Virus record (IMG/VR): IMGVR_UViG_3300032242_001694
Strand: one strand, 5' to 3'
Origin: a virus
DNA length: 64,000 bases
The position numbers were made by a program, and so were the translations under genes. Below are positions 51,047 to 58,312 of the stretch, one piece after another (within the stretch, counting starts at the first letter, position 1; every line of letters starts with the position of its first letter). The notes beneath the pieces were generated by a model. The model was not told the origin of the DNA and made no database searches. It saw only the letters and a program-made list of their open reading frames with translations.

Positions 51047-52837
51047 ATGGCTGAACCCAACTTAAGAGCACTAGCAAAGCAGAGCTGGGACGCAATATTC
51101 GCCCAAGCTTATCCAAAGCTAGGCGCAATGATTCGCTCCATCAATGAAGAGATGGAAAGAACTCTCGAAGACTCAAGGAGAGAGATTAAAAGTACAACTC
51201 TAGCACTTGAAGATATTGATCAGAAGCTAGTAAGTACAAAAAGTAATATCAGTAATTTAGTTGATTCACAAGATAAGATAAATTCATATCTTTCTAGAAT
51301 CGAGTGGAATCCTTCGACAACAAAAAGCGGAGGTGGTTTTGATCTTACTATGCCAGATCTTAGTAAGCTAAAAGATAAGAAGAATACTAAAGCTGAAGAG
51401 AAGAATAAAGGTAAAGGTCAAGAAGAAGTCAAAAAGAGTACAGCAGATAAGCTTAAGACTGGTACTTGGTCATTTGCAGGCAAGTTAGTCAATATAGCTT
51501 TTCTAGGCAGTTTGGCTTATGAAACATACATGTACATCTATAATCTAGACCCAAGAGATCCGGATTATGCTGAAAAAGCATCAGTTAAAATTTCACAGGC
51601 AGTTGCTCTAGTTGGATTCATTGAGTTTGCTGCTGCTATATCAGCTTGTATTGGTTCTGCGATCGCTCCAGGAGTTGGTACAATCATCGGAGCGCTCGGC
51701 GGTTTAGCTGCTGGATGGTTTTTTAAAGATGAAGTAGATGAGTTAACCGAGTACGTAGTCAAGAAGATATTCGAGTACAAGAAAAAGTTAGCAGGTGAAA
51801 GTTCAAGCGCTTCAGCAGTCGGTCCTTCCGGAGATATTTCTGGAGGAGCGCTCTCATCTATGTCTTCTACTGATAGTATCAGGTTTGTTGCAGATAAAAT
51901 CATCTTTAAGTCAAGTCAAAGAAGCCAACAATCCCAAAGTTCATCTACTAGTAGTTCTGGTGGAAGTGGAGAGATGACAGCGTCTAGGCAGCCTAGCATT
52001 GATACAACACCACCGGCCGGGTCTGGGTTTGGACAAAGCAGCGGGCAGGCTAGTAAGTCAAGTAGATCTTTGAGTGGTATGTCTTCAATGGGAAGTTCAT
52101 CAGGACCAACAAGTTCAGATCAAAGTGAAAACACGCCACAAGATGAATCTCAAGACGCAACAACAGCCCCTGCTACAGAGACAAAAGAAAAGCCAAAAAA
52201 TGTAGCTACTCAAGGAGCAGACGCTTCTAAAGTAGATCCAAATCTTTTATCTTCTTTCTATAAAGCTGCAGAAGAATTTGGACAACCGGTTACCATAACT
52301 TCTGGTTTTAGAAGTGACGAGAAGCAAGCTGAACTTTATGCTAGATGGATGGCCGGTGAACCTAACATATATATGCCCTCTAAGCCAGTTAAAGCTGCAA
52401 CTGTAACTATTAGAGGAAAAGCTTATAACGTTCCAGGCGGTGGTTCTGGAAGTAACCATTCTAAAGGTACGGCTATTGACTCTCCACAAGCAGAAGCGAT
52501 GGATAGAGCTGGCTTATTGAAGAAATATGGTTTAGTAAGACCGAACGCTGGAGATCCAGTGCATATTCAGCTTGCTAATGGTGGAGAAGCTACGGAAGAG
52601 ACGCAGCAGGCTGGTTCTCAAGTTTCTTCAAAACCAACTACTGGAGCAGCAGTCAATAAAGCATCAGTAGATAAAAAAGTTGAAACTGAAAAGCAGCAAC
52701 AGGCTGCTTCGCTTGAAGTTAATAACTTGGTGTCACAGAGTCCATCTTCTCAGACCCCAGACCAGCCACAAGAAACTTCTAGAAACAGTGAAGTTGGAGT
52801 CAATAATAGACTCGGCCGCCTGATAGCACAAGCATAA
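51047..52837 (+). CDS. Tape-measure-position protein with transmembrane segments and M15-family peptidase domain
   Basis: ITSGFRS..Q, SNHSKGTAID, DPVHIQ; hydrophobic glycine zipper PGVGTIIGALGGLAAGW. Confidence 0.7.
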   Translation: MAEPNLRALAKQSWDAIFAQAYPKLGAMIRSINEEMERTLEDSRREIKSTTLALEDIDQKLVSTKSNISNLVDSQDKINSYLSRIEWNPSTTKSGGGFDLTMPDLSKLKDKKNTKAEEKNKGKGQEEVKKSTADKLKTGTWSFAGKLVNIAFLGSLAYETYMYIYNLDPRDPDYAEKASVKISQAVALVGFIEFAAAISACIGSAIAPGVGTIIGALGGLAAGWFFKDEVDELTEYVVKKIFEYKKKLAGESSSASAVGPSGDISGGALSSMSSTDSIRFVADKIIFKSSQRSQQSQSSSTSSSGGSGEMTASRQPSIDTTPPAGSGFGQSSGQASKSSRSLSGMSSMGSSSGPTSSDQSENTPQDESQDATTAPATETKEKPKNVATQGADASKVDPNLLSSFYKAAEEFGQPVTITSGFRSDEKQAELYARWMAGEPNIYMPSKPVKAATVTIRGKAYNVPGGGSGSNHSKGTAIDSPQAEAMDRAGLLKKYGLVRPNAGDPVHIQLANGGEATEETQQAGSQVSSKPTTGAAVNKASVDKKVETEKQQQAASLEVNNLVSQSPSSQTPDQPQETSRNSEVGVNNRLGRLIAQA

Positions 52838-52860
52838 AAAAAGAGGGCCGAAGCCCTCTT
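52836..52860 (-). terminator. Intrinsic terminator with C(UUCG)G tetraloop after gp32
   Basis: AAGAGGGC-TTCG-GCCCTCTT followed by a T run on the minus strand, between convergent genes. Confidence 0.9.
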
Positions 52861-52863
52861 AAA

Positions 52864-53790
52864 TTACTTTGCTAATTTCTTGAAGAACTCAAGACCGTCG
52901 TCATCGTCATCCATAGGGATTGCCGACTTAGTCTTGAAAGACGGAGCCGGAGCTTCTTCAGCCCACGGAGCGGCATCCTCGGTAGCCTTAGCGACAACCG
53001 CATGAGCGTCGTTACGCATGGTCTGTGCGAGACCAGCCTTGTCCAAGCCGAGTACCTTATTCAGCTTAGCCTTAAGCTCGTCGTATGACTTGAACTTGCC
53101 CGGAGCAATAAACTCCTGCAGCGAGTGCTGCTTCTTCCATACAGCTTCCATCTCGTCATCGTCGTTAAAGAGTGCGCCTGCCTTGGCAAACTCAGACTTG
53201 TCGTAGTTGCGATAGCCTTCGACGTTGCGAATCTTAAGCTTGAAGTTAGCACCTTCCCAGAAGTCGAATGGGTTCAGAGCGTCTTCGTCGGCAAACTCAG
53301 GATTCATAGCCTCGTTGAGCTTGTCGAAGATCTTCTTGCCGTACTTGAATAAGAATACCTTACCCTCATTCTCGGGATTCTGTTGGTCGGTAATGACGTA
53401 GACGTTGCTGATGAAGTGAAGCTTGCGCTTCTGCTTGCGAGCAATTTCTTTGTCTGAGTCAAGACCGGTATTCCACAGAGTTGAGTTGAGCTCAGAAACC
53501 GGATCCTGCTTACCAATAGTGGTCAGCGAGTTCTCGATGTACCAAGAACCGGTCGGACCTTGGAAGCCATGCTCAAAGATACGAACGAAAGGAGTATCTT
53601 CATTTGGAGGAGGTGGAAGGAAGCGGATAACCGCGTAGCCGTTGCCAGCCTTGTCTACGTTGGGATACCAGAACCGATCGTCCTTCTTGTTATCGGTCTG
53701 TCCGCCACCCACGAGCTTGTTGAGCTCTGAGGTGAGTTTGTCCAGCGATGATTTGCCAGAGTTCTTCTTAAGTTGTGAAAAGTCAACCAT
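52864..53790 (-). CDS. gp32: Single-stranded DNA-binding protein
   Basis: DKAGNGYAVIRFLP, WYIENSLTT, YGKKIFDK, NYDKSEF, acidic tail. Confidence 0.96.
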   Translation of the reverse strand: MVDFSQLKKNSGKSSLDKLTSELNKLVGGGQTDNKKDDRFWYPNVDKAGNGYAVIRFLPPPPNEDTPFVRIFEHGFQGPTGSWYIENSLTTIGKQDPVSELNSTLWNTGLDSDKEIARKQKRKLHFISNVYVITDQQNPENEGKVFLFKYGKKIFDKLNEAMNPEFADEDALNPFDFWEGANFKLKIRNVEGYRNYDKSEFAKAGALFNDDDEMEAVWKKQHSLQEFIAPGKFKSYDELKAKLNKVLGLDKAGLAQTMRNDAHAVVAKATEDAAPWAEEAPAPSFKTKSAIPMDDDDDGLEFFKKLAK

Positions 53791-53860
53791 TGTATTCTCC
53801 GTATTGTTGTATTGATCGTATTGTTGTATAGAGCAGTATGGCGCTCTATTATTATTTATA
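53791..53860 (-). promoter_or_regulatory. gp32 late promoter plus putative translational operator
   Basis: TATAAATA at 53853-53860; hairpin ATAGAGC/GCTCTAT; two ATACAACAATACG repeats; GGAG. Confidence 0.65.
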
Positions 53861-53883
53861 TCACACTAGATGATATAAGTAAA

Positions 53884-54108
53884 CTAAAAAGGTAGCTTGG
53901 CAGTCTTCTTGACGATGTTCATGTCCTCAGCCTCGATCTGAAGCTTTGACTTGAGAACTGGATCTTTCTTGATAATAGAGGCCGCGTACTCTACTTCGAC
54001 GCCATTCTTCTCACACCAAGACACGATAGCGTCTACGTACTCAAGGTGTCCGTGGCGTCTCATGGACTCGATGTCTGTTGCGAACTGGTTTGCACTGATA
54101 AGTTTCAT
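53884..54108 (-). CDS. gp33: Late transcription coactivator
   Basis: YVDAIVSWCEKNGVEVE..LKSKLQIEAEDMN..AKLPF. Confidence 0.85.
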   Translation of the reverse strand: MKLISANQFATDIESMRRHGHLEYVDAIVSWCEKNGVEVEYAASIIKKDPVLKSKLQIEAEDMNIVKKTAKLPF

Positions 54109-54290
54109 GTGTATCTCAAGACCTCTTTATCTTTCTTTAAAGTTATAGCGGCGTGTTGCCACTTGAGTTTCTCGTAGTAGTGAAACTCTAAAAAGTTAAA
54201 GAACTTCTCAGCTGAGGGCTGGTCATCAAAAAACTTGCGTTCAAAGAGCTTGCGGCTCTTCCCACGAACTTCAACTTTATAGGGTTTCAT
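54105..54290 (-). CDS. Hypothetical 61-aa protein
   Basis: ATG at 54290; the longer ORF-track call overlaps tRNA sequence. Confidence 0.55.
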   Translation of the reverse strand: MKPYKVEVRGKSRKLFERKFFDDQPSAEKFFNFLEFHYYEKLKWQHAAITLKKDKEVLRYT

Positions 54291-54320
54291 GTTATACTCA
54301 ATTTCCTGTTTTGGGTATAA

Positions 54321-54358
54321 TGGTGGGAGCGGTGTGACTCGAACACACACTAAGACCC
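54321..54358 (-). pseudogene. 3' half of an interrupted tRNA
   Basis: GGGTC TTAGT GTGTG-TTCGAGT-CACAC CGCTCCC A CCA. Confidence 0.8.
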
Positions 54359-54367
54359 ATTGTTTAG

Positions 54368-54444
54368 TGGTGCCCCCACCAGGACTCGAACCTGGAACAA
54401 ATCCGTTATGAGCGAATGGCACTAACCAATTGTGCTATAGGGGC
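54368..54444 (-). tRNA. tRNA with CAT anticodon (Ile2/lysidine type or elongator Met)
   Basis: Full cloverleaf: GCCCCTA/TGGGGGC, GCAC/GTGC, ATTCG-CTCATAA-CGGAT, CCAGG-TTCGAGT-CCTGG, ACCA; lacks initiator features. Confidence 0.92.
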
Positions 54445-54489
54445 TTATTCTTTTTTCTAAGCCAAGCTTCTTTAACTGCTTTCCTCCAA

Positions 54490-54513
54490 GCTTCACCTTT
54501 AAGCTACGCTCCC
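54490..54513 (-). pseudogene. 5' half of an interrupted tRNA
   Basis: GGGAGCG TA GCTT-AAAGGTG-AAGC; acceptor strand is perfectly complementary to CGCTCCC at 54331-54325. Confidence 0.8.
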
Positions 54514-54532
54514 AATACTTGATTATATAGTT

Positions 54533-54561
54533 ATTATATATTATTTTTCTGGAAATGTCAA
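54533..54561 (-). promoter_or_regulatory. Perfect sigma70 consensus promoter
   Basis: TTGACA (54561-54556), 17-nt spacer, TATAAT (54538-54533), 20 nt before the tRNA 5' half. Confidence 0.9.
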
Positions 54562-54568
54562 CTAAAAA

Positions 54569-55561
54569 TTAGAAGCAGGTGATGATTACTAAGCCGGGAC
54601 CACCGTTTCCGCCACTGCCAGCTACTGATCCTGAACTATTAAAACAACCACCGCCGCCGCCGCCACCGCCGCCATAACCACCAGTACCACCTGCTCCACC
54701 TGTAGAACCAGCTGCTGCAGCGCCACCGCTTGAACCACCACCCGCTCCGCCGTAGTAATAATTTAGATTTGGAATAGCTTTATAACCACTGGGCCCTGGA
54801 AATCCAGAACCACCAGTTGAACCAGCTAATGGCCCACCGACATGGGCAGGAAATACTCCACCTGCCGGCACAATTAAACCACCCCCTGTAAATCCGGTGC
54901 TTCCAGACGTGCCAACTCCAGCACCGCCGCCGCCACCTGTAACAACTAACCCAGTTACAGGTAAATTTAATGAGAGGCCAGGACCACCAACTCCTGAACC
55001 GCCATTATTACCACCTTGACCAGCTAAAGTTATATTACCAACAGCAACAGCGGTCAAACTCATTCCTAATCCAGCTAATGGTGCGGCTGCTAAAGTATTT
55101 ACTGCAGCAGTTAGTCCACCAGTACCAGCAGTCCCGGCCAATCCACCCGTGCCACCTTGGGTAACTCCGCCGCCAGAAGCAATACCTAAAAGATGATTTA
55201 CAGTAATATCTGGATAGATTGAAGCATAAGTTGCTATACCTACAGCGCCTGCTGTGCTAGGAGCTCCGCCCGTTCCGCCAATACCAACAGAAAAATAGAG
55301 AACATCTGGCAATAGAGCTGCTGGAAATAGAAAGTTATACTGGTTGCCAGAAGCACCACCGCCTCCACCCGCATTGATACTAGCAGCTCCAGTTACTCCG
55401 CCACCACCGCCACTACCACCACCAAGCATAAAGATATTGATCATATTCGTGCCAGTTGGCTTTTGCCATTCATACCAACTAGCACCAGCAGTAGTAGAGT
55501 TGCCAACAAATATCTGCTGATCTAATCTTCTATTAGGCTGTGATATATGAGAAAAATCCAT
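54569..55561 (-). CDS. Glycine-rich protein, paralog 1
   Basis: WYEWQKPTG..MINIFMLGGGSGGG, polyglycine runs, GPGLVIITCF. Confidence 0.8.
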   Translation of the reverse strand: MDFSHISQPNRRLDQQIFVGNSTTAGASWYEWQKPTGTNMINIFMLGGGSGGGGGVTGAASINAGGGGGASGNQYNFLFPAALLPDVLYFSVGIGGTGGAPSTAGAVGIATYASIYPDITVNHLLGIASGGGVTQGGTGGLAGTAGTGGLTAAVNTLAAAPLAGLGMSLTAVAVGNITLAGQGGNNGGSGVGGPGLSLNLPVTGLVVTGGGGGAGVGTSGSTGFTGGGLIVPAGGVFPAHVGGPLAGSTGGSGFPGPSGYKAIPNLNYYYGGAGGGSSGGAAAAGSTGGAGGTGGYGGGGGGGGGCFNSSGSVAGSGGNGGPGLVIITCF

Positions 55562-55570
55562 TTTACTTCC

Positions 55571-56527
55571 TCAAAAACAAGTTACTATAACTAGACCTGG
55601 ACCACCGGAGCCGCCCAGCCCGCCGGCTCCACTAGTACCTGCACCTGCACCACCACCGCCGCCCCCACAACCATAATAACCATCACCACCTCTACCGCCT
55701 ACTCCGAACGGAAGCGCGCCAGAACTACCGCCACCACCGCCACCCGTGCCTCCATAAAAATAATTTAGACCTGGTAATTTTATTCCATTACTACCGCTAC
55801 TAGCGTTAACGCTTCCCGCTGAGTTTATACCACCGACACCACCGACTAATGTTGGAAAAGTACCAGTAACCGTTGACGGTATTGATGCTGAGTTTGCACC
55901 ACTGGCAGCAGCGGTAGCAGCGCTGTTGCCCCCGCCACTTCCGCCGGTAACGATCAAGCCAGTTACTGGTAAAGCAAAAGTAGTAGCACCACCAGCAGTT
56001 CCAGCTTGACCAGTTAAAGATATATTACCAACTGCTGCAGCGCATAAATTCATGCCTAAACCAGCTAATGGAGCTGCTGTTATGTTATCAGCAGCAGTAG
56101 CTGTACCACCAGTATAAGTTGAGAATCCAGAGCCGCCACCCCCGCCTGAAGCAATTCCTAGAAGATGACTTGCAGTAGTGGTAGGATAAATTGAGGCATA
56201 AGATGCTACTCCAGACGAGGCAGCGCCAGCAGATGCAGGAGGAGATCCGCCAATTCCAACAGAAAAATATAGAACATCTGGTATAGAAGAAGCTAAAAAT
56301 AGAAAGTTATACTGGTTACCAGAAGCTCCACCGCCTCCAGCGCCAGGCTGAGTGCCATTTGGACCATTACCTGCACCTCCACCGCCACCAAGCATAAAGA
56401 TATTGATCATGTTTATACCGCGTGGCTTTATCCACTCGTACCACCTGCTGCCGGCAGAATCAGAATTGCCATAAAATATCTGCTGATCTGATCTAACATT
56501 GTTTGGTAAGTTAAAAAAATCTAACAT
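55571..56527 (-). CDS. Glycine-rich protein, paralog 2
   Basis: Same scaffold; ends GPGLVIVTCF. Confidence 0.8.
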   Translation of the reverse strand: MLDFFNLPNNVRSDQQIFYGNSDSAGSRWYEWIKPRGINMINIFMLGGGGGAGNGPNGTQPGAGGGGASGNQYNFLFLASSIPDVLYFSVGIGGSPPASAGAASSGVASYASIYPTTTASHLLGIASGGGGGSGFSTYTGGTATAADNITAAPLAGLGMNLCAAAVGNISLTGQAGTAGGATTFALPVTGLIVTGGSGGGNSAATAAASGANSASIPSTVTGTFPTLVGGVGGINSAGSVNASSGSNGIKLPGLNYFYGGTGGGGGGSSGALPFGVGGRGGDGYYGCGGGGGGAGAGTSGAGGLGGSGGPGLVIVTCF

Positions 56528-56536
56528 TCAATTTCC

Positions 56537-57472
56537 TTAAAAACAAGTTACTATGACTAGACCTGAACCACCCGCTCCACCCAAACCAGCAGCACCGTTA
56601 GGTTGAGCAGACGATCCGCCTCCTCCTCCACCACCGCAACCATAAGAACCATCGCCGCCATTACCCGCGCGTGCACCATTGCCACCTGCAGACGCGATGC
56701 CACTTCCACCAGCACCAGCTCCACCAAGAAAAAAACGTAATCTAGGAAGTAAAGATATTCCATTAGATCCATTATCAGAAGGACCGCTAACAGTGCCAGC
56801 ACTTCCAGAAATTGCAGGAAAAAATGGAGCAGATGCAGTTCGGCTAGACCCAGAGCCCCCGCCACTTGGCCCTGTTCCACCACCGCCAGCTCCGCCACTC
56901 ATGCCACCTGTCACTACTAGCCCTGTCGTTGGTAGTAAATTCACTTGACCGGCTTGTCCTGTTAGAGATATATTACCAGCAGCTGCAGTGCACAAACTTA
57001 TACCTAAAGAAGCTAATGGAGCTGCTGCTATAAGATCTGCAGCAGCAACAGTACCAGCAGTTCCTACAGTTTGAGAAGAAGAACCACCACCTCCTGCGTT
57101 GCCACCAGAAGCAATACCAAGAAGATAATTTGCAGTAGTGGCTGGATAAATTGAAGCATATGTTGCTATGCCAGCTAAAACAGTCCTTCCTACACCAACA
57201 GAAAAATAGAGAACATCTGGCAATAGAGCTGCTGGAAATAGAAAGTTATACTGGTTGCCAGAAGCGCCACCACCGCCGCCACCACCGCCGCCAGAAATTG
57301 CTAGACCATTACCGCCACCGCCACCGCCACCAAGCATGAATATGTTGATCATGTTTATACCGCGTGGCTTTATCCACTCGTACCAGCTGCTTCCAGCACT
57401 AGTAGAGTTACCAACAAATATCTGCTGATCGAAACCTTTTCGGTTAGTTGGCAGATTAAAGAAGTCAAGCAT
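56537..57472 (-). CDS. Glycine-rich protein, paralog 3
   Basis: Same scaffold; ends GSGLVIVTCF. Confidence 0.8.
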   Translation of the reverse strand: MLDFFNLPTNRKGFDQQIFVGNSTSAGSSWYEWIKPRGINMINIFMLGGGGGGGNGLAISGGGGGGGGGASGNQYNFLFPAALLPDVLYFSVGVGRTVLAGIATYASIYPATTANYLLGIASGGNAGGGGSSSQTVGTAGTVAAADLIAAAPLASLGISLCTAAAGNISLTGQAGQVNLLPTTGLVVTGGMSGGAGGGGTGPSGGGSGSSRTASAPFFPAISGSAGTVSGPSDNGSNGISLLPRLRFFLGGAGAGGSGIASAGGNGARAGNGGDGSYGCGGGGGGGSSAQPNGAAGLGGAGGSGLVIVTCF

Positions 57473-58302
57473 TAGTATTTACCAGCTACAGCCGTCACTA
57501 TGTATCCGTTGGCAGTCGTAGTGCCGATACCGGCAACCAGTTTAGCTCCAGGAGGAAATGCAATATTAAGAGGATAATCAATATCTACGACTGCAGCTGT
57601 AGCGATACCACTTACCGCAGGCAGTGAGATTTCTCCGATAAGCGTAGTATTCAATGTTAGTGAAGTATTCGCGATAGTCGCGCCACTAGAGTACGGGCCA
57701 AGAAAACCACCGATAATACTAGCGTTTGCAGAACTTGGTCCATTGAAGTATGAGTTGGTCTGAGTGTATGAAGTACCAGAAACGTTGGCGATATAGAATT
57801 GTTGAGAGTTAGTAGAGCCAACCCCAATAATCAATCGATATGAAGATATGCCAGAAGTTGTTGTAGCTGGAGCAGACCAACCCCAAGTTATGTTATTTCC
57901 AGTTGCAGGAACTGTATTTGAGATTTCTGTTGAGAATGCTCCAGGCTGACCAAAAGCATCAATCGCTTGAACTTTGGCATAATATACCCCAGGAAACATC
58001 GTTCCTGCAGTAGCAGAAACCACTCCGGTTAGAGTTTGTGGAGCCGTGGTATTAGCAGTCAAATGACCCACGCCACCCTGCGTCATCCAGAGTCTTAATA
58101 CGTTTGCTGGATTAGTGCTGTTAAATTTTACACGCACGCGCTGGACAAACCCGCCGTTTGTTGCGTCTGCCTGATAGATGGTGTATGTATTTGCGTCTGC
58201 TCCCGTGTAACCTGTAGTTGTAGTGGCTACTGGGCTAATCATTAACACAGAACCCTGTACATCACCTACACGTGAAAAGATTGGCGATTGATTACCTGCC
58301 AT
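57472..58302 (-). CDS. Virion adaptor-like protein with FN3-like insert
   Basis: MAGNQSPIF..GGFVQRVRVK..VLRLW..AVAGKY; YYAKVQAID...WSAP...YRL insert. Confidence 0.55.
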   Translation of the reverse strand: MAGNQSPIFSRVGDVQGSVLMISPVATTTTGYTGADANTYTIYQADATNGGFVQRVRVKFNSTNPANVLRLWMTQGGVGHLTANTTAPQTLTGVVSATAGTMFPGVYYAKVQAIDAFGQPGAFSTEISNTVPATGNNITWGWSAPATTTSGISSYRLIIGVGSTNSQQFYIANVSGTSYTQTNSYFNGPSSANASIIGGFLGPYSSGATIANTSLTLNTTLIGEISLPAVSGIATAAVVDIDYPLNIAFPPGAKLVAGIGTTTANGYIVTAVAGKY

Positions 58303-58312
58303 TATTAAACTC

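Noticed and set aside
54321-54348. tRNA 3' half as an alternative acceptor piece for the tmRNA (CGCTCCC can pair with GGGGGCG)
   Set aside because: It has its own perfect partner GGGAGCG at 54513, and pairing with tmRNA would misplace the G.U alanine determinant
54291-54422. N-terminal part of ORF-track call 54105..54422
   Set aside because: Overlaps the tRNA(CAT) and the tRNA 3' half; the real start is probably 54290
54569-57472. Diversity-generating retroelement or invertase shufflon acting on the Gly-rich paralogs
   Set aside because: No reverse transcriptase or recombinase in the window, no adenine-specific TR/VR pair, no inverted repeats seen
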